This document shows positions 1 through 12,000 of a stretch of 64,000 nucleotides of DNA, piece by piece. The stretch spans positions 79,660 to 143,659 of the forward strand of contig DF237159.1 of the NCBI GenBank assembly GCA_000708835.1, read 5' to 3'. The translations under genes were made by a program, and so were the position numbers. The notes below the pieces were generated by a model that was not told the origin of the DNA, ran no database searches, and saw only the letters and a list, made by a program, of their open reading frames with translations. Each line of letters starts with the position of its first letter. Within the stretch, counting starts at the first letter, position 1. The stretch comes from Klebsormidium nitens (lineage: Eukaryota; Plantae; Klebsormidiophyceae).

Positions 1-2010
1 ACAGACGACCTGGCACCAGTTTGCGCAGGCAAATCACCCCAAGGGGTCTGCTCTCTCAATGTTCATATGCTTCTTGGATTCTGCAGTCACTACATACCCT
101 ACAGCAACGAGAGTGTTGCTGCCAAAATCCTGCTCTGCTCTCGTTTTGCCTCTTCAATCCCCAAAAGTTGACGCGCTGAAAATGCTTCAGGAATGTCCTG
201 ATCACCATCAGACCTGCAACACAGAAGGTACCGGCACATACGTTTTGTGTTTGCAAGGAACGCTTGAGCAATTCTGGCTTCATATTGAAAGTTGATGGCT
301 TCCTCATTTCAATTTACGTGCCAGCGATGGGGCTATCACAGAATGATTGAGGCCCACTGAGTTTTGCGAGTATGCGGAGCTACTTCCAAATAGCAAAATA
401 GCATCTGAATTCCCGACTCAGGTATTGCAAATAACCCTCTGAGACCATCGTCCTCCTTATAACATGTAAAGAACTGACTCAGGTGGTGCAGTCAAGCAGC
501 CCAGCGGCCTAGATTCTCACCCCACATGCTACCAAAATGGATTCATAGTAATCAAAGCAGAGAGAAATCATTGAGTGTGCTTGTCAGGTGATGTGGAGGG
601 GATGTGGAGTTAGTAGAAGGACTGGCAGCTAATCTACAATCCTGACATCTACAAAAACGCAAAACTCACTCAACCACCCTCTACAGATTGAGCCCCCTCT
701 GTCTCATAATGAACCACCAAGCGTTGGCATCCCAACCTAATATATGGTCGTCCTTTTGGAAGCAGTACATCTCAGCACCATACCAATGGACTCTTCAAGA
801 CAGCTGGGAGGTATCTTAACTTATTGAATCAGTACGGGGCCAGTAGCATCTGCAGATGATTGCCAATCAGCAGGAAACCTGACCGGCTCCCTAATGTTAG
901 AGATTACAGCAGCAAGGTGAGCCGTTGATTTCTCTGAAATGTTGCTGGCAAACAGCTGCCAGCAGTTCAACTGCTTTTGACAAGGCAACTGTATCAACAC
1001 TAGGCTACTTACTGAAGATGCCATACTAGTAAGTGCTAGTAAGGACGCGTATTTATGGTGATCAGAAGCTCGAGTAAAAGGGTTGGAGGCTTGTAGAAAA
1101 GGCTCAAGAGTCAAGGCCTTTTCTTGTTACCATATTCTTTTCCCTTGCGCTGCCGGTTGATCCTTACATGCTTCTCGACCATCAAACCTCCCACAACGCC
1201 AGCTGGTCCTGGCCCCTAGCAGTCACGGTGGCCCTTGCATGCGACCCCTGCATGAGTGCTTTGGCCCTAAGGTGCTTTGACGTCGTCCCCAAAAGTCTGG
1301 GGGACAGCCTTGATCAAACTTTGCCATCATTGTGCTTTGCCCCAGGCCAGGGGCATATCATAATGAGCTGAATCAGAGACCCCAGCGGCTTACAAGGATG
1401 TCACGCGCGCGCCCTAGCCTTTATCCGAGCACAGGCGGCCGAACGCCGCCTGATTGACGTCCGATGAAAAATCTTGACGGCTCCGATCTTATCAAACAAT
1501 GAATGTGCCGCGCGCGCTTCAAGCACTGTACAGTTACAACCAGATTAGGTAGACCCCCATCAACCGACCGGACTCTCGGACCCTTCGTTTCTGCAATTCG
1601 TAGAGAGCTGGACTCGCTCGTCTCGAAGTCGGCAACGCTTTGGTTTATGCATAATGCAGATAAGTTGAGGTAGTCACTGGTTCGTCATCTGTAACCGGTA
1701 GCCGGTACCATACAGCTGGTCATACAAGAGATTGTGAAAGCGAGACGTGTCCAGAAATGATAATTGGCTAGGAGACGGTAGGAATCAAGACCCCCTTCTC
1801 ACGTGCCAAGCTGCATCCTGAGGAAAGTCCGGAAAAACGTGCCGCAATTTGTAATGTAAAGCTGCGCGCGAGTGCATTTCAGGCACTAGGTTTTGCCCGG
1901 GAAAGAACACCGAGATAATCGACCGAGCACAAACTCCCATGGCCTCAGTGTTGAAATCCGGCCGGCGGTTTCCTCGTGGCAGGCAGGGCCTCGAATCCAT
2001 TGAACCCGTA

Positions 2011-2048
2011 CTAGGAGGTTACCGCCCGAAGGGCGGTGTCCCTCCTAG
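2011..2048 (-). mobile_element. GC-rich hairpin bounded by CTAG; on the minus strand resembles a Helitron 3' terminus
   Basis: Minus strand reads ACCGCCC-TTC-GGGCGGT (17-nt palindrome containing a C-TTCG-G loop), then AACCTCCTAG, then T. The palindrome ends 10 nt before a CTAG|T end. The outer arms CTAGGAGG/CCTCCTAG extend the stem. No 5' end was identified. Confidence 0.45.
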
Positions 2049-2498
2049 CCCATCTTGATTGGGGGACAGTTGATGGCACATACATAAGCCACAACGTTAA
2101 CGGACAAAGGATTGCTGAACCAAATATGACTCCGACCATTGATGATAGCATGCAGTACGTGCTTCAAGTCAGCCTGGTATGCAGGGGTATGCACAACGGT
2201 TTGCCTATGACAAGCGATATGCTGACTGAAATATAGGTATATTGACGGACCCACTGTGGTCTATTTTGCAAGTTCTGAATGTCTGGAATGACTGCATCAT
2301 TGATGACTGTCCGATGATCATTCGAGTCAAATCAACGTACTAACATTCGTGGCCTCCCTGTCATCATGGTATGCCAAAAGGTCCAAGTTCTGGCACTGTC
2401 TGTCAACATGATTCCCGTTCCGTGTCACTTCTAAGACCTTAGCATAGATCTGCCTTTGAGGCCAACAGCAAAGGGGCGCAAGTGGAAGGTTCGCGTAC

Positions 2499-4872
2499 AT
2501 GATGGATCCCTCCTTCGCCACCGTGACGAAAGGGAAGGAGAAGGTTGTTGATCATCCTGTGATGGAAACGCCCCCCCAGTCGCCAGCTGTCGATCCTCCT
2601 TCCAGGCCATTGGTCTGCCTATCATGGAATATCCAAGGGCCCTTCAGTGGTCCGGGCTCAATAGCAACCAATAGGCTTGTAACCGAACTGATACATAGGG
2701 GAACGCCCAAGGGCAAGGTTGACTTATTCTTTATCCAAGAACCTCCTTGGGTAAAGAAAAATTTCTTACCTGGTCACTTTGAAAAGCTGGCCCACAAGGG
2801 AGAGTACGATTATCACGGCAATGTTCTAAGAAAGTTAGAGAAGAGAAAGTTCACACGCAAGCATGCCGGGATCCTGTTCAACAAGGAGAAGCTTGACCTT
2901 GTCAAACCCGTCGACCTGAGGGGAAAAGGGCTAAGCAACATGCTTGAGGAGAAGCACAAACAGAAACTGAAAGATGGACTGCAGCGGGGGACTTATTATG
3001 CTGATCGGACCGTCGCCTATCAATTTAGGGAACGGAGAACCAGTCGGCACTTTCTCGCCATATCGCATCATGGGGAGAATGTCAAAGAAGGAAGTTGCGA
3101 CCCTCATAAGGCAGAGAATGCTAGAATGCTGCTAGTACTGGCAGAGTACGTGCGGGATCCCAACAATAAGTTGATTGACAGAAAGTACAAGGGAATGCCA
3201 GCCGTGATAGCGGCAGACTTCAACGTGGACTTGGCACCGCGCAGTTGCTGGCAGATTGATGGCCGGCCAGACTCGAGAATGTGGATGCACAAATGGTTCC
3301 AGCTTGACAAGGACTGGGTGCTCCCGAAACCATCAAACCGTCTGAAAGCGGAAAAGATTGCCGAGCTACCGCCAGAAACCTGGAACGAAAAGTCGAATCC
3401 AAACGTCAATTCCGGAAGGAGAGCAATGAAGCCTGCAATTGACTACATCTGCATGGTCAAAGCGGGAAAGGCGGAAACTCAGCTGGTACAAAACCTCGAG
3501 ATCGTGAAGCTGTTCCCAATTCCAGTCGTGGAAGACGGCAATGTCGTATTTCGCCAAGCGGGATTTCCTACAGCCGGGGCGCATCTGCTGAAAGACATCA
3601 CGGCAGAGGAATTGGAGCCGTTGTGGAAGGACCTGAAACCGGAGGTGTTTGGGAAGTACCATGACCCGTTCCGCTTTGTCATTGACCTGAGCTCTGCTCC
3701 CGTCGTTGGGACGCCTTCACCAGCTGGCAGGTACGGCCCGAAGCTCCGCTTTGAGTGACTGACCTGCCTGTATCGCATTTCCAAAACAACACGTCACATA
3801 TAATTGGCAGCTTGATAACCAAGAGGATGCTTCCCTCGAGATCAACTTAGGGGTTCAGGAGAGTCAAGAAATGAGAGAGCACCTTTCGAGCAAGAACGTC
3901 TTGTCATCGAGGGTGCATTAGAAAATTTTCAAGTTCTCAACCTTGTTGAAGACTACGATATCAGATTAGCAGATGGTCCCATTTCGGATGCGCTTCGTAT
4001 GCGCAGTTTTTTGTGTTCTCCAAGCTGATTCACTTCATCGCATCCGCCACAAAACGTGCTTGGATCGACCTGATTTTTCCTTCTATACTGTCTCCAGCAA
4101 CACATCGTCACCGGCAGCTTCACCTCGGCCTGGCTCGCCCACCTCTGCGAGTAAGACTGCAACCACCTTCGAAAGAGACAAGCGAGGAGGTCAATACTTC
4201 CGTGGAGACCTCTCCATGCTCTAGCCCGTCAGGCAAAGCCTGCAATCACCAGACACCCAGTGTATGATACATTGTCTTTCAGTCCACCTGAAATCTTACT
4301 CTCAGAATGCCTTCTTTTTGTGCTGTGGCATCTTTAAGGTTGGCGCCTGTTGATGTATCGAAGGTCCAGCTCGGGACATAGAGTGGGCATATCCGGACGA
4401 TGCTTGTGCGCAGCAGACAGTGATACGGCAATTTCTGATTCCTTCCGAGTGGCAGAGTCGTTCTTCTTCATGAAAAGGCGAGTTATGATGCAGCTCCGAC
4501 TTTCTGCCCTGCTGGTATGAAGGAGGATGCGTGACCTCACTGGTTGCTGAACGCTCGGGCTTTTCTGTTTCTCTAGGCTCAACGTCAAGCACGTCTTTTG
4601 AAGACGCCCCGCCTAAGAGCGAGCACCAGGCAGCTGCCGACGACATTCCATCAACCTCCGCTCCTGCCGTCACGACAACCACCCACTACATCAGCCGCCA
4701 GGGTGACGAGTTCAAAGCAACTATTATCTCCTTCCAAGACGGGGGTCCGGTCCAACAAGGCCCCATGAAACTGAAGAAGTACTACTCGGACTACGCCCAT
4801 GGCCAGTTGGCGAGTCCGACGCACATAGTGTTCACGAACGGAGTTCCGCCCGACTTCTTTCAAAGAGGCTGA
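2499..4872 (+). CDS. Exonuclease-endonuclease-phosphatase (EEP/DNase I-like) domain protein with S/P/T-rich linker and unknown C-terminal domain; predicted exons 2499-3730, 4098-4150 (or -4189), 4577-4872
   Basis: The 419-aa ORF has EEP motifs in the correct order: LSWNIQG, FFIQEP, ISHHG, IAADFNVD, IDYI, YHDP. Donor CAG|GTACGG at 3730/3731 (phase 2) fits acceptor CTCCAG| at 4097/4098. Both candidate donors (4150, 4189) are phase 1 and fit acceptor CTCTAG| at 4576/4577. The splice model is inferred; the EEP call is stronger than the exon joins. Confidence 0.75.
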
Positions 4873-6041
4873 GCGCCGGCAGGGGAATTACAATCAAGTG
4901 ATCAGAGCTAGAAAGCAGACTTAGGTTGAGTGCTATACAAGTGGTTCCGCAAACTATCTTGTCCTTTGGAAGAAGGAGTATCACGCCGAGGCGGCGCTGC
5001 GGTTCAATTTCTGTCTCTTCGAAACGACATCATGCTTTGAATTCTGATACCCGCGCACCTAATGCATGGTACGCGCAGTTTGGCGCATGGATTTCGCTAT
5101 GGACGGAAGTCTGGTGTGCTGGGAGCTTCCATAAGACTCCTCTACCATATCCGACATTGAAAAGAATTCCGTGGAAATTTGAAGCGCTGTGCACGTTAAG
5201 GTTGAGTATCTCGTCGACCTTCTCAAAATGACACAACATCTCGAGTACTTGCCTTGGAGGCTCGCGCGATCACAGAACTCATCCAACTTGCGATCATTGG
5301 CCGGTTGCTTTTCATCAATCATGTGGGGCGGCGCGGCCCCAGGCTAATTCAAGTTTCCTCGATCCGACGTGGCGGATCTAAGGCTTGCCCCGCTTACCAA
5401 AGCAGAAATTCGACTAGCCCAATTATATGCAGGCATGAGTACTTTGGCAACTATATTCGAAGTGCGGGCCGGCCGCCAAAGACCGATGATGAACTTATGC
5501 ACGAGTCCCCTTCGCCCCACGCCGCCGTACTACAACAATTTTGAACAGTTTCATTTACAAGAGTGTTGACATAGCCGCCATGCAGTGATGAATGCAATTT
5601 CCGGCGTGAATGTGACAGAGCTTAAGAGTCATTGAAGACAACCACCCCTGCCAGCCTGAGCGTTGTTCCACAACAAACAGTAGCTTGCGAAGACCCTTTC
5701 ATGTTGAAGGATAAACATCACATGCAGCTAGGGCGCGTCGCGACGTAGTACTAGACATATCGATACGCTCATCCCGACACTGACATGCATACGTGCCACG
5801 ATGGATAACATGACACGCGGCTTTGAGGGACTAAGAGATGATTGGAGGGAACCCGCATGTCGAAGCTAGCATGCGCCCCGCACCCCCCCATTCACTTCGT
5901 TAGAAAAAGACCATCGCGATCTTGTAACGGGCATTGATATATGACGATCTGTTTCCGCTCTAGTTCCTACATTATCCGGCTCTATGTGCTGGATCTTGAC
6001 CTGCTGCAGGGAAGAGAGCACGGCGCTTCCCCACCTGGACC

Positions 6042-9000
6042 TCAGCTCTCGGAGTCCGTCACTTTATGCCGCCGGTCAGGAATGAAAAGCGCTTCCTTAT
6101 CTCCTACCGTCGTTTCGTGAACATTGCCCCGCCACTTATACTTGACCCGCAATTCCTTCTCCTCACCCGGACACGGGTCGCAGAAGCCCATCAAGCCCGC
6201 CTTTCGAATGCCCGGGTGTAACTGCACGTGACGCCAAGATAAACCGGGCTTAGAGCCGAGCTCTAGGGTAGGCAAGAGCAGATTTGAGGTTCAGAGAGTG
6301 TTGTTTCGCTTTCCACAATCGCTCTCCCCGAAGAAGCAAGCCAACTTTCAAGCCGAAAATCCAAGCTTCCCGCTAGGAATATCTGCTAGGAAGATTGTAG
6401 AGCCGATATCCATTGCAAATTCCGGTCGTGGCGCCCAACAGCCAGCAAAAGCAGCGGCCAAAATCACCGAGGATGCAAGCAAGTTGGAAAGCTTTTCCTT
6501 TTCACAAGCACATACGATGCTGAAGTAATGACGACAATCTTCGGCTTAACGGCAGACCGCACGACGCCGCAGCAATCTATCTTCCGTGCTAGTCAACTTT
6601 CGGTTGACTTCAAGGAGCCAAAAACAGGTCGGAATGGTATCCTGTCCGTGCCGCAAAGCTAGCAGTGGGAACGCAAAGCGAAGTTTTTAAAAGCAGCTGA
6701 CATTCCCAGCCCCAACGACCGTTTGCGAAAGGTCCTACTACACGTCGTGAAGTGCGACTCAACGAACATTCGGTAGTCGATGCAGCCGTGGGCTTTGATG
6801 GGCACCCTTCAATCAGCGAGGCTCTTTCTTCAAACCCGACTGGAGCCGAAGTCCAGAGCGTTACTGGCAACTACTCCTTTCTTCCTCTCAATCGCAGAGA
6901 GGCGTCTAGACTCACAGCTGCGAGATGCTCAAAGGCAAGCGCGTTGAACCGCCTTGTCATCACTGAGACGCAGGTGCAGAGCACCGCTCGCGCAAAAGGC
7001 CACCGATGGAAAGCCAGTCCCACCGCTCTCAAAAACACACCTTTCGGGAAAGGAACAAACGCGCAGAAAGACTAACTTTCGACGACCTCAGACGACTGAC
7101 CTTGATCGCGCTATCGTCGACCAAGAACTGCACCGGAGTCGTCACGTCCAAAAACGGCGGCGGCAGGCCCTCGTCTTGTCCGTCATGCCCCTCCTCCTCA
7201 ACTTCCTTCCCCCGGTCACTTTCCCCGTTCTGTCGTTTCTTGCGCGGCTTTATACACCCGTACACGGCTTCGACGATAACCAGCCCCGGGTTGGCCCGGT
7301 TCTCCTCGTTCGCTTTTTTCCGGCTGGCGCTCCCGGACATGAGGTCCTGCACCCCCCGCGCGGCCTCAATGGACTCGCGGACCTGGAGAAGGTGACGTGT
7401 ACTGACGTCAGCAACGCGTTGTGAAGACGCGCGTCGGTGCCATTAACAATCATACAAAGGGTTCTGCACCCTCCATCCTGCGTCGATGGGCTCTTGAACT
7501 CGAGGTAGTCAATTGGCATGACATCAGCAAGAGCAGAGACATACCACAGGCGATGCGGATGGTACTAACGGGTAATCGCGGACTTCTTCTATCCAAGAAT
7601 GCGAGGCAGCTCTTCATTTCTTAACAATCACCTTCCGAAATACGAAAGACCCCTTCTTGTTGGAAAGGTCCCTAACTGATGACAGTCTCGACTATTATTG
7701 GTACCAGGTAGTAATCGCGAACATTCTTGAAGCGGATACCTGGCTCACAAGGTCCAGCAATCTCTCAGAATCCTTCGGGAGCTCCAACCAGCCCGCAACC
7801 GTAATACAAAATGGAAACGAAAATACGGACAAACAACATCCGCTCGCTGACCTGTTGTGCGTTGGCCCGACGAGCCGCGAGCGTCTTCCGTTTCCGGCGC
7901 TTGATGGCCGCGGGCTTCAAGTAGTAGTGCTGCGCAAGACCAAAGCAGACCCATCAGAGACCGCCACACCAAAGCAGACCCATCAGAGACCGCCACGTGG
8001 CATGAGGTGAGCGATGGAGGAAAGAGTATTGTGGACGCCTCTTACGGTGCTTAAGTGCTGCGAGCTTTGAGTACGTGCCTCGCTTAGCAGAGGGCAGGAA
8101 ACGATGAATAGTCAGAAACGTTGAAGTAAGCATAGATGACGATCGCTGATGAGGATCGATCTTAACTGCGGCGAGTTTTTGCACTGATTGTGTAGCATAG
8201 CGGGAGGGTTGTGGATAATAGCAGATGAGGATGGACAGCTGGAGGAAAAGTCAAGTTTATCTCGTCCAAGAACGCCGTCACTGCCTGGCAAAGTGAGGAA
8301 AACCAAAGCTCTCTTTCCCTAGTCTTGCCCTGATGCCAACATGAGGTAGGTACTGCTGAGGCGAAAGCAGAGGAAACGCCGCGAAAATGTTTCAGCTATT
8401 CCAAGATTTAGCAGGCCTACAGTCCACTCTGTTTGAACGTGAATAGGAGCGGAGGAAAATGGGAAATTAAGCTGGATAGGAGAGGGGCAAGCCCGTCGGC
8501 TTACTCTAACCAAAGCGTACAGTGCCGGCGGGAGGCACAGCGCGGCAAGGATCGTGAACGGCTCCAGCTTGTCGGACAGCAGGATCTGCGAATGAAAGAC
8601 ACGTGTCAGCATGTCCTTGCTAACTGCAACACATGAGCGGGCTGTCAGCTGTACTGAAGATCGAAGGAGCATAGAGTTCTGCGGGCGCAGGCTTTCAAAA
8701 GGGCGGCCCGCCGATCGTTCCACCTCTTGATCGAGAGCCCTCCGTTGCCGGTAACAAGTCAAAGAACGCCCGCTCGATTTCAAAAGGAAGCCACTCTTCA
8801 TACCTAGACTGAGAATTGAGGACAGAATTGCGACAACCACCGTGTTTAGGAACGTTCTGGCTCTGGACCGGAGCTCGACAGGCCCTTGTGCTGAAGCACA
8901 AATTCTTTGAGGACATGTAAAGCTTGGCTCTTCTTTCGGGCCGGGAGCGGGGCGTCCGCAATCTTGAACACCCAGTCTCTACTTCTGAGCAGAGCGGCTG

Positions 9001-12000
9001 CTTGTTGTCTGTATGCACGAATCACCGAGCAATATAATACGACCAGAAGAACCGATGTTAAATCGAGAGCGGATCCATACAGCAATGGGAGAAAGGCAAG
9101 GCGTGCTTCCAGGCCGCTTTGATTGCTCTACCTTTTCCAACCATCCGCTTAACTTACTAAAAAGTTCTTTGGGCTTTGCGATACTGAACTTATTTTCTCC
9201 AGAAGTCTGAACCGCATCCTCAGCCGCTAGGCAAAGTGGGTAATGCATCAAAGTAAGAGAACGGGGTTGTGGACCCCTCAGAGATGTCACTTACTGGGAT
9301 GATGAACTTCTGCCCCCCTCGGGTGTAGCGAATCTTCCACAGCACGCCCTGCCCAAAAGCAATGACGATGTTAGTTTCTTTCGTGCTTTAAAACGATAAG
9401 GCGCAGGGAGGAAGCTCGCGCAAAAGTTTGGAGACTTTGACGAGCGAATGCGGTGCTCGAAATGCTGTTCCCAAGAAGGGTTTCTCGTCTATATGAAAGC
9501 TCACAAGTTTTGAGCACAGCAGCAACGGTCACAACAACACAGTATTTCACGCGCAGCTGTCAAAGGCGTTGATTGCCCTGAACCAGACGTCTATGAACAG
9601 CAAAGGGTAGACAAAACGAGCAGTCGTACAGAAATGCTTTCACTAATTGCAAGTCCGTCCCTTCGATTATCTGGGTGTACACGCTGCTTCAAACATCCAT
9701 GTCGTTTAACAAGACGGCAGGGAACCATTTGCCCAGCGGTGGCGGCTCGATATCGAAAGTGCCTTAAAATCGGATTCGCTGCTTGCACTTTCCCAGTATC
9801 ATTTCGGGGGTGCGACGTTGAGTTGTAAGCTAGCTTCCATTGAGATACGTCAACGCAACCCCCTAAAGTCGGGGTCTCCCCTCGGCTGACGACCCCACAA
9901 AGTGCACGCGGCCTTAAGTCGAACTTGGCTTCCAACCGCAACCCCTGAAGTTAGATGTCTAAGCGGCCGGCGCCCTGTCGAGCGCTCACCTGTACCCCCA
10001 CAGTACACGAGAAGCCCCCCGAGCTCCGTTCCGACAGGATTCGGTGCGCCCCAATCTCAACCTCAATCGCCGTACTGCAGAGAAGCAGCAGCGTACATCA
10101 TGTCACACCGAAAAATGAAGTTGGATGCTTGGAAGGCAAAGGGGATGGATTGGTGACAGGAAAAATCTGAACCTGGCTACGCGGGGAGCAACGGACGACC
10201 TTCGATGATATTCTCACAAGGTCAAAAGCCATAGGGCTTTCCTTCCTGTTACGACGGAATTCTTGCTCCTTTGCTCTTGATTCCAGTGACCTCAACCATA
10301 AGAGGGAGAAGCGATTATCGGAAAGGTCGCGGCCTCTGTTCAAGAGGATAAGTTCTGTGTCTCTCCTCAGGCAAGTCTCTTGTAGGGTAACGCATGTCCG
10401 AAGACAAAAAAGAGAATGAATGCAGAAGTTCGTGTGAAAAAAGTCCAAGTATTGGGACGATGAGGACCTGACCACAAAAACCCGGTGTTCTATAGAAGCG
10501 TTGTCGCAAATTGTACCCGCCAGGCTCTGAGGGCAAGCGCAAGTCGATACAAGGCTCAAATTAGAAGCCAGCGTTATCTATTTTCAGTATCCTTCCCGTA
10601 ACTGGGTTAAGAAAAGGTAAGACCTCTTTGTGAGCGAACCCCGGTTGCAGCTTTGCGTCACCGTTTGTCCTACTCAACTTGACGAGCTTCGCAGTTGCTC
10701 AATAACCTTACAGCTTCTTCCTAGCAAACCGCCGTTGTCCAGTGCAAAGTCTAGTCTGATTCAATCAGTCTGGTACTGAGCGAAAGCAGCCCAGATCAGT
10801 GTAAACAAGCTGTTCGAAAGACTCTGTAAACTTGCAAAAGAGAACTCACATTCCAATCTTGGCGGACACCTTTCCAAACGACTTGTCCGAAAAGTGGTGC
10901 ACCCAGTTTCCCGCTACCCCAAACGCCGTCCCCATACGAAGGTCCCCTCGGAGCGAGTTTTTGGTCCCGTCGCGGCTCCAGCCGACGGCGACGCCCATGT
11001 CGGGGCCCAAAGTCAGCGCGATCTGCAGATGTATATTGTACTGCTCTTATATTGAGGAAAGCACTCTGCGGGAGTTGGAAGATGGAAGATCAAAAACTAA
11101 ACGAGTACCATTCCGGGGTTCAGCCGCCAACTGATAATCAGACGTGAAGGGGCAAAACAGAATACTGGATTGATACAGAATTCCGTATCTTTGCGGCTCC
11201 ACCCGAGGGCGACGCCCATGTCGGCACTAAAAACGAAGTATTCAGGCGGAAATGGAAATCACGAGCATGTCGATCCAGCATTGGACTGGAACAGACTTTC
11301 GCATTGACTCGCCAAGATAATTGCAGTCGACCGACGAGGGCAGATCACAAAAAACCTGCCAATCTAAGCGTGGAGTATAAGGATACTCCTTTTATATTGG
11401 GTTGAGAGCAAGGCAACGAAGTTGCAAGCCCACCCGAGCAATGAGCAGTCCCTTTCGAAGAAGCGCACTTTGCTAGTGGAAGCAACAGCGGGGCCACGGC
11501 TATCAGCGGATGACTTCGCTATCCTCCTAACCTAAAGAGCACTTAGAATCAACGTCAATCAGTGCCTCTGACGTCGGTCGAACTTCGCTGGAAGAAGCAT
11601 CACTCAGGCCGAGATATCAATGAACGAATCGGCTGGCCTTCTAGCCAGTGGACTTTGAAGCCAAACAAACACTCGAGAATCACCGGGAGCTGGTGCTTAC
11701 GTCACCCCTGACGTTGGGCGTCAGCTGGCGGCTCCAGGCGCACGTCTGCGAGAGCGAGCCGTCCTTGATGTTGTAGTTCGCGGACAGCGAGGCGGTCATG
11801 TGCTTCGACAATTGCCTGCAGCACAAGAGCGCAGAAAAGATGACGTCATGCTAATGGTTGAACTTAAGACTACTGCAGGCTGCAATAGCGGCTTGCAATC
11901 GTCCATAAGATCCAAGGAACGAACTTTTGTGCTTTCCAACCCGATCAGTACTGCGGGGAAGCGCTTTTTGAGTGCTTCGACACCTGCCTGAATTCGACCT

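Noticed and set aside
56-1371. Short ORFs at the window start (e.g. 821-1114 minus)
   Set aside because: No recognisable motif and no consistent exon chain; could belong to a gene outside the window but cannot be supported.
1820-1832. GAGGAAAGTCCGG, matching the 5' conserved region of bacterial RNase P RNA
   Set aside because: No complementary P4 3' strand (ACAGAA...CCGGCTTA-like) within the next several hundred bases; treated as a chance match.
2499-3758. EEP ORF as ORF2 of a LINE retrotransposon
   Set aside because: No reverse transcriptase motifs, poly(A) tail or ORF1 nearby; the ORF is followed by spliceable non-RT exons.
4926-5569. Overlapping 66-101 aa ORFs on both strands
   Set aside because: No family motif, and the frames conflict; not callable.
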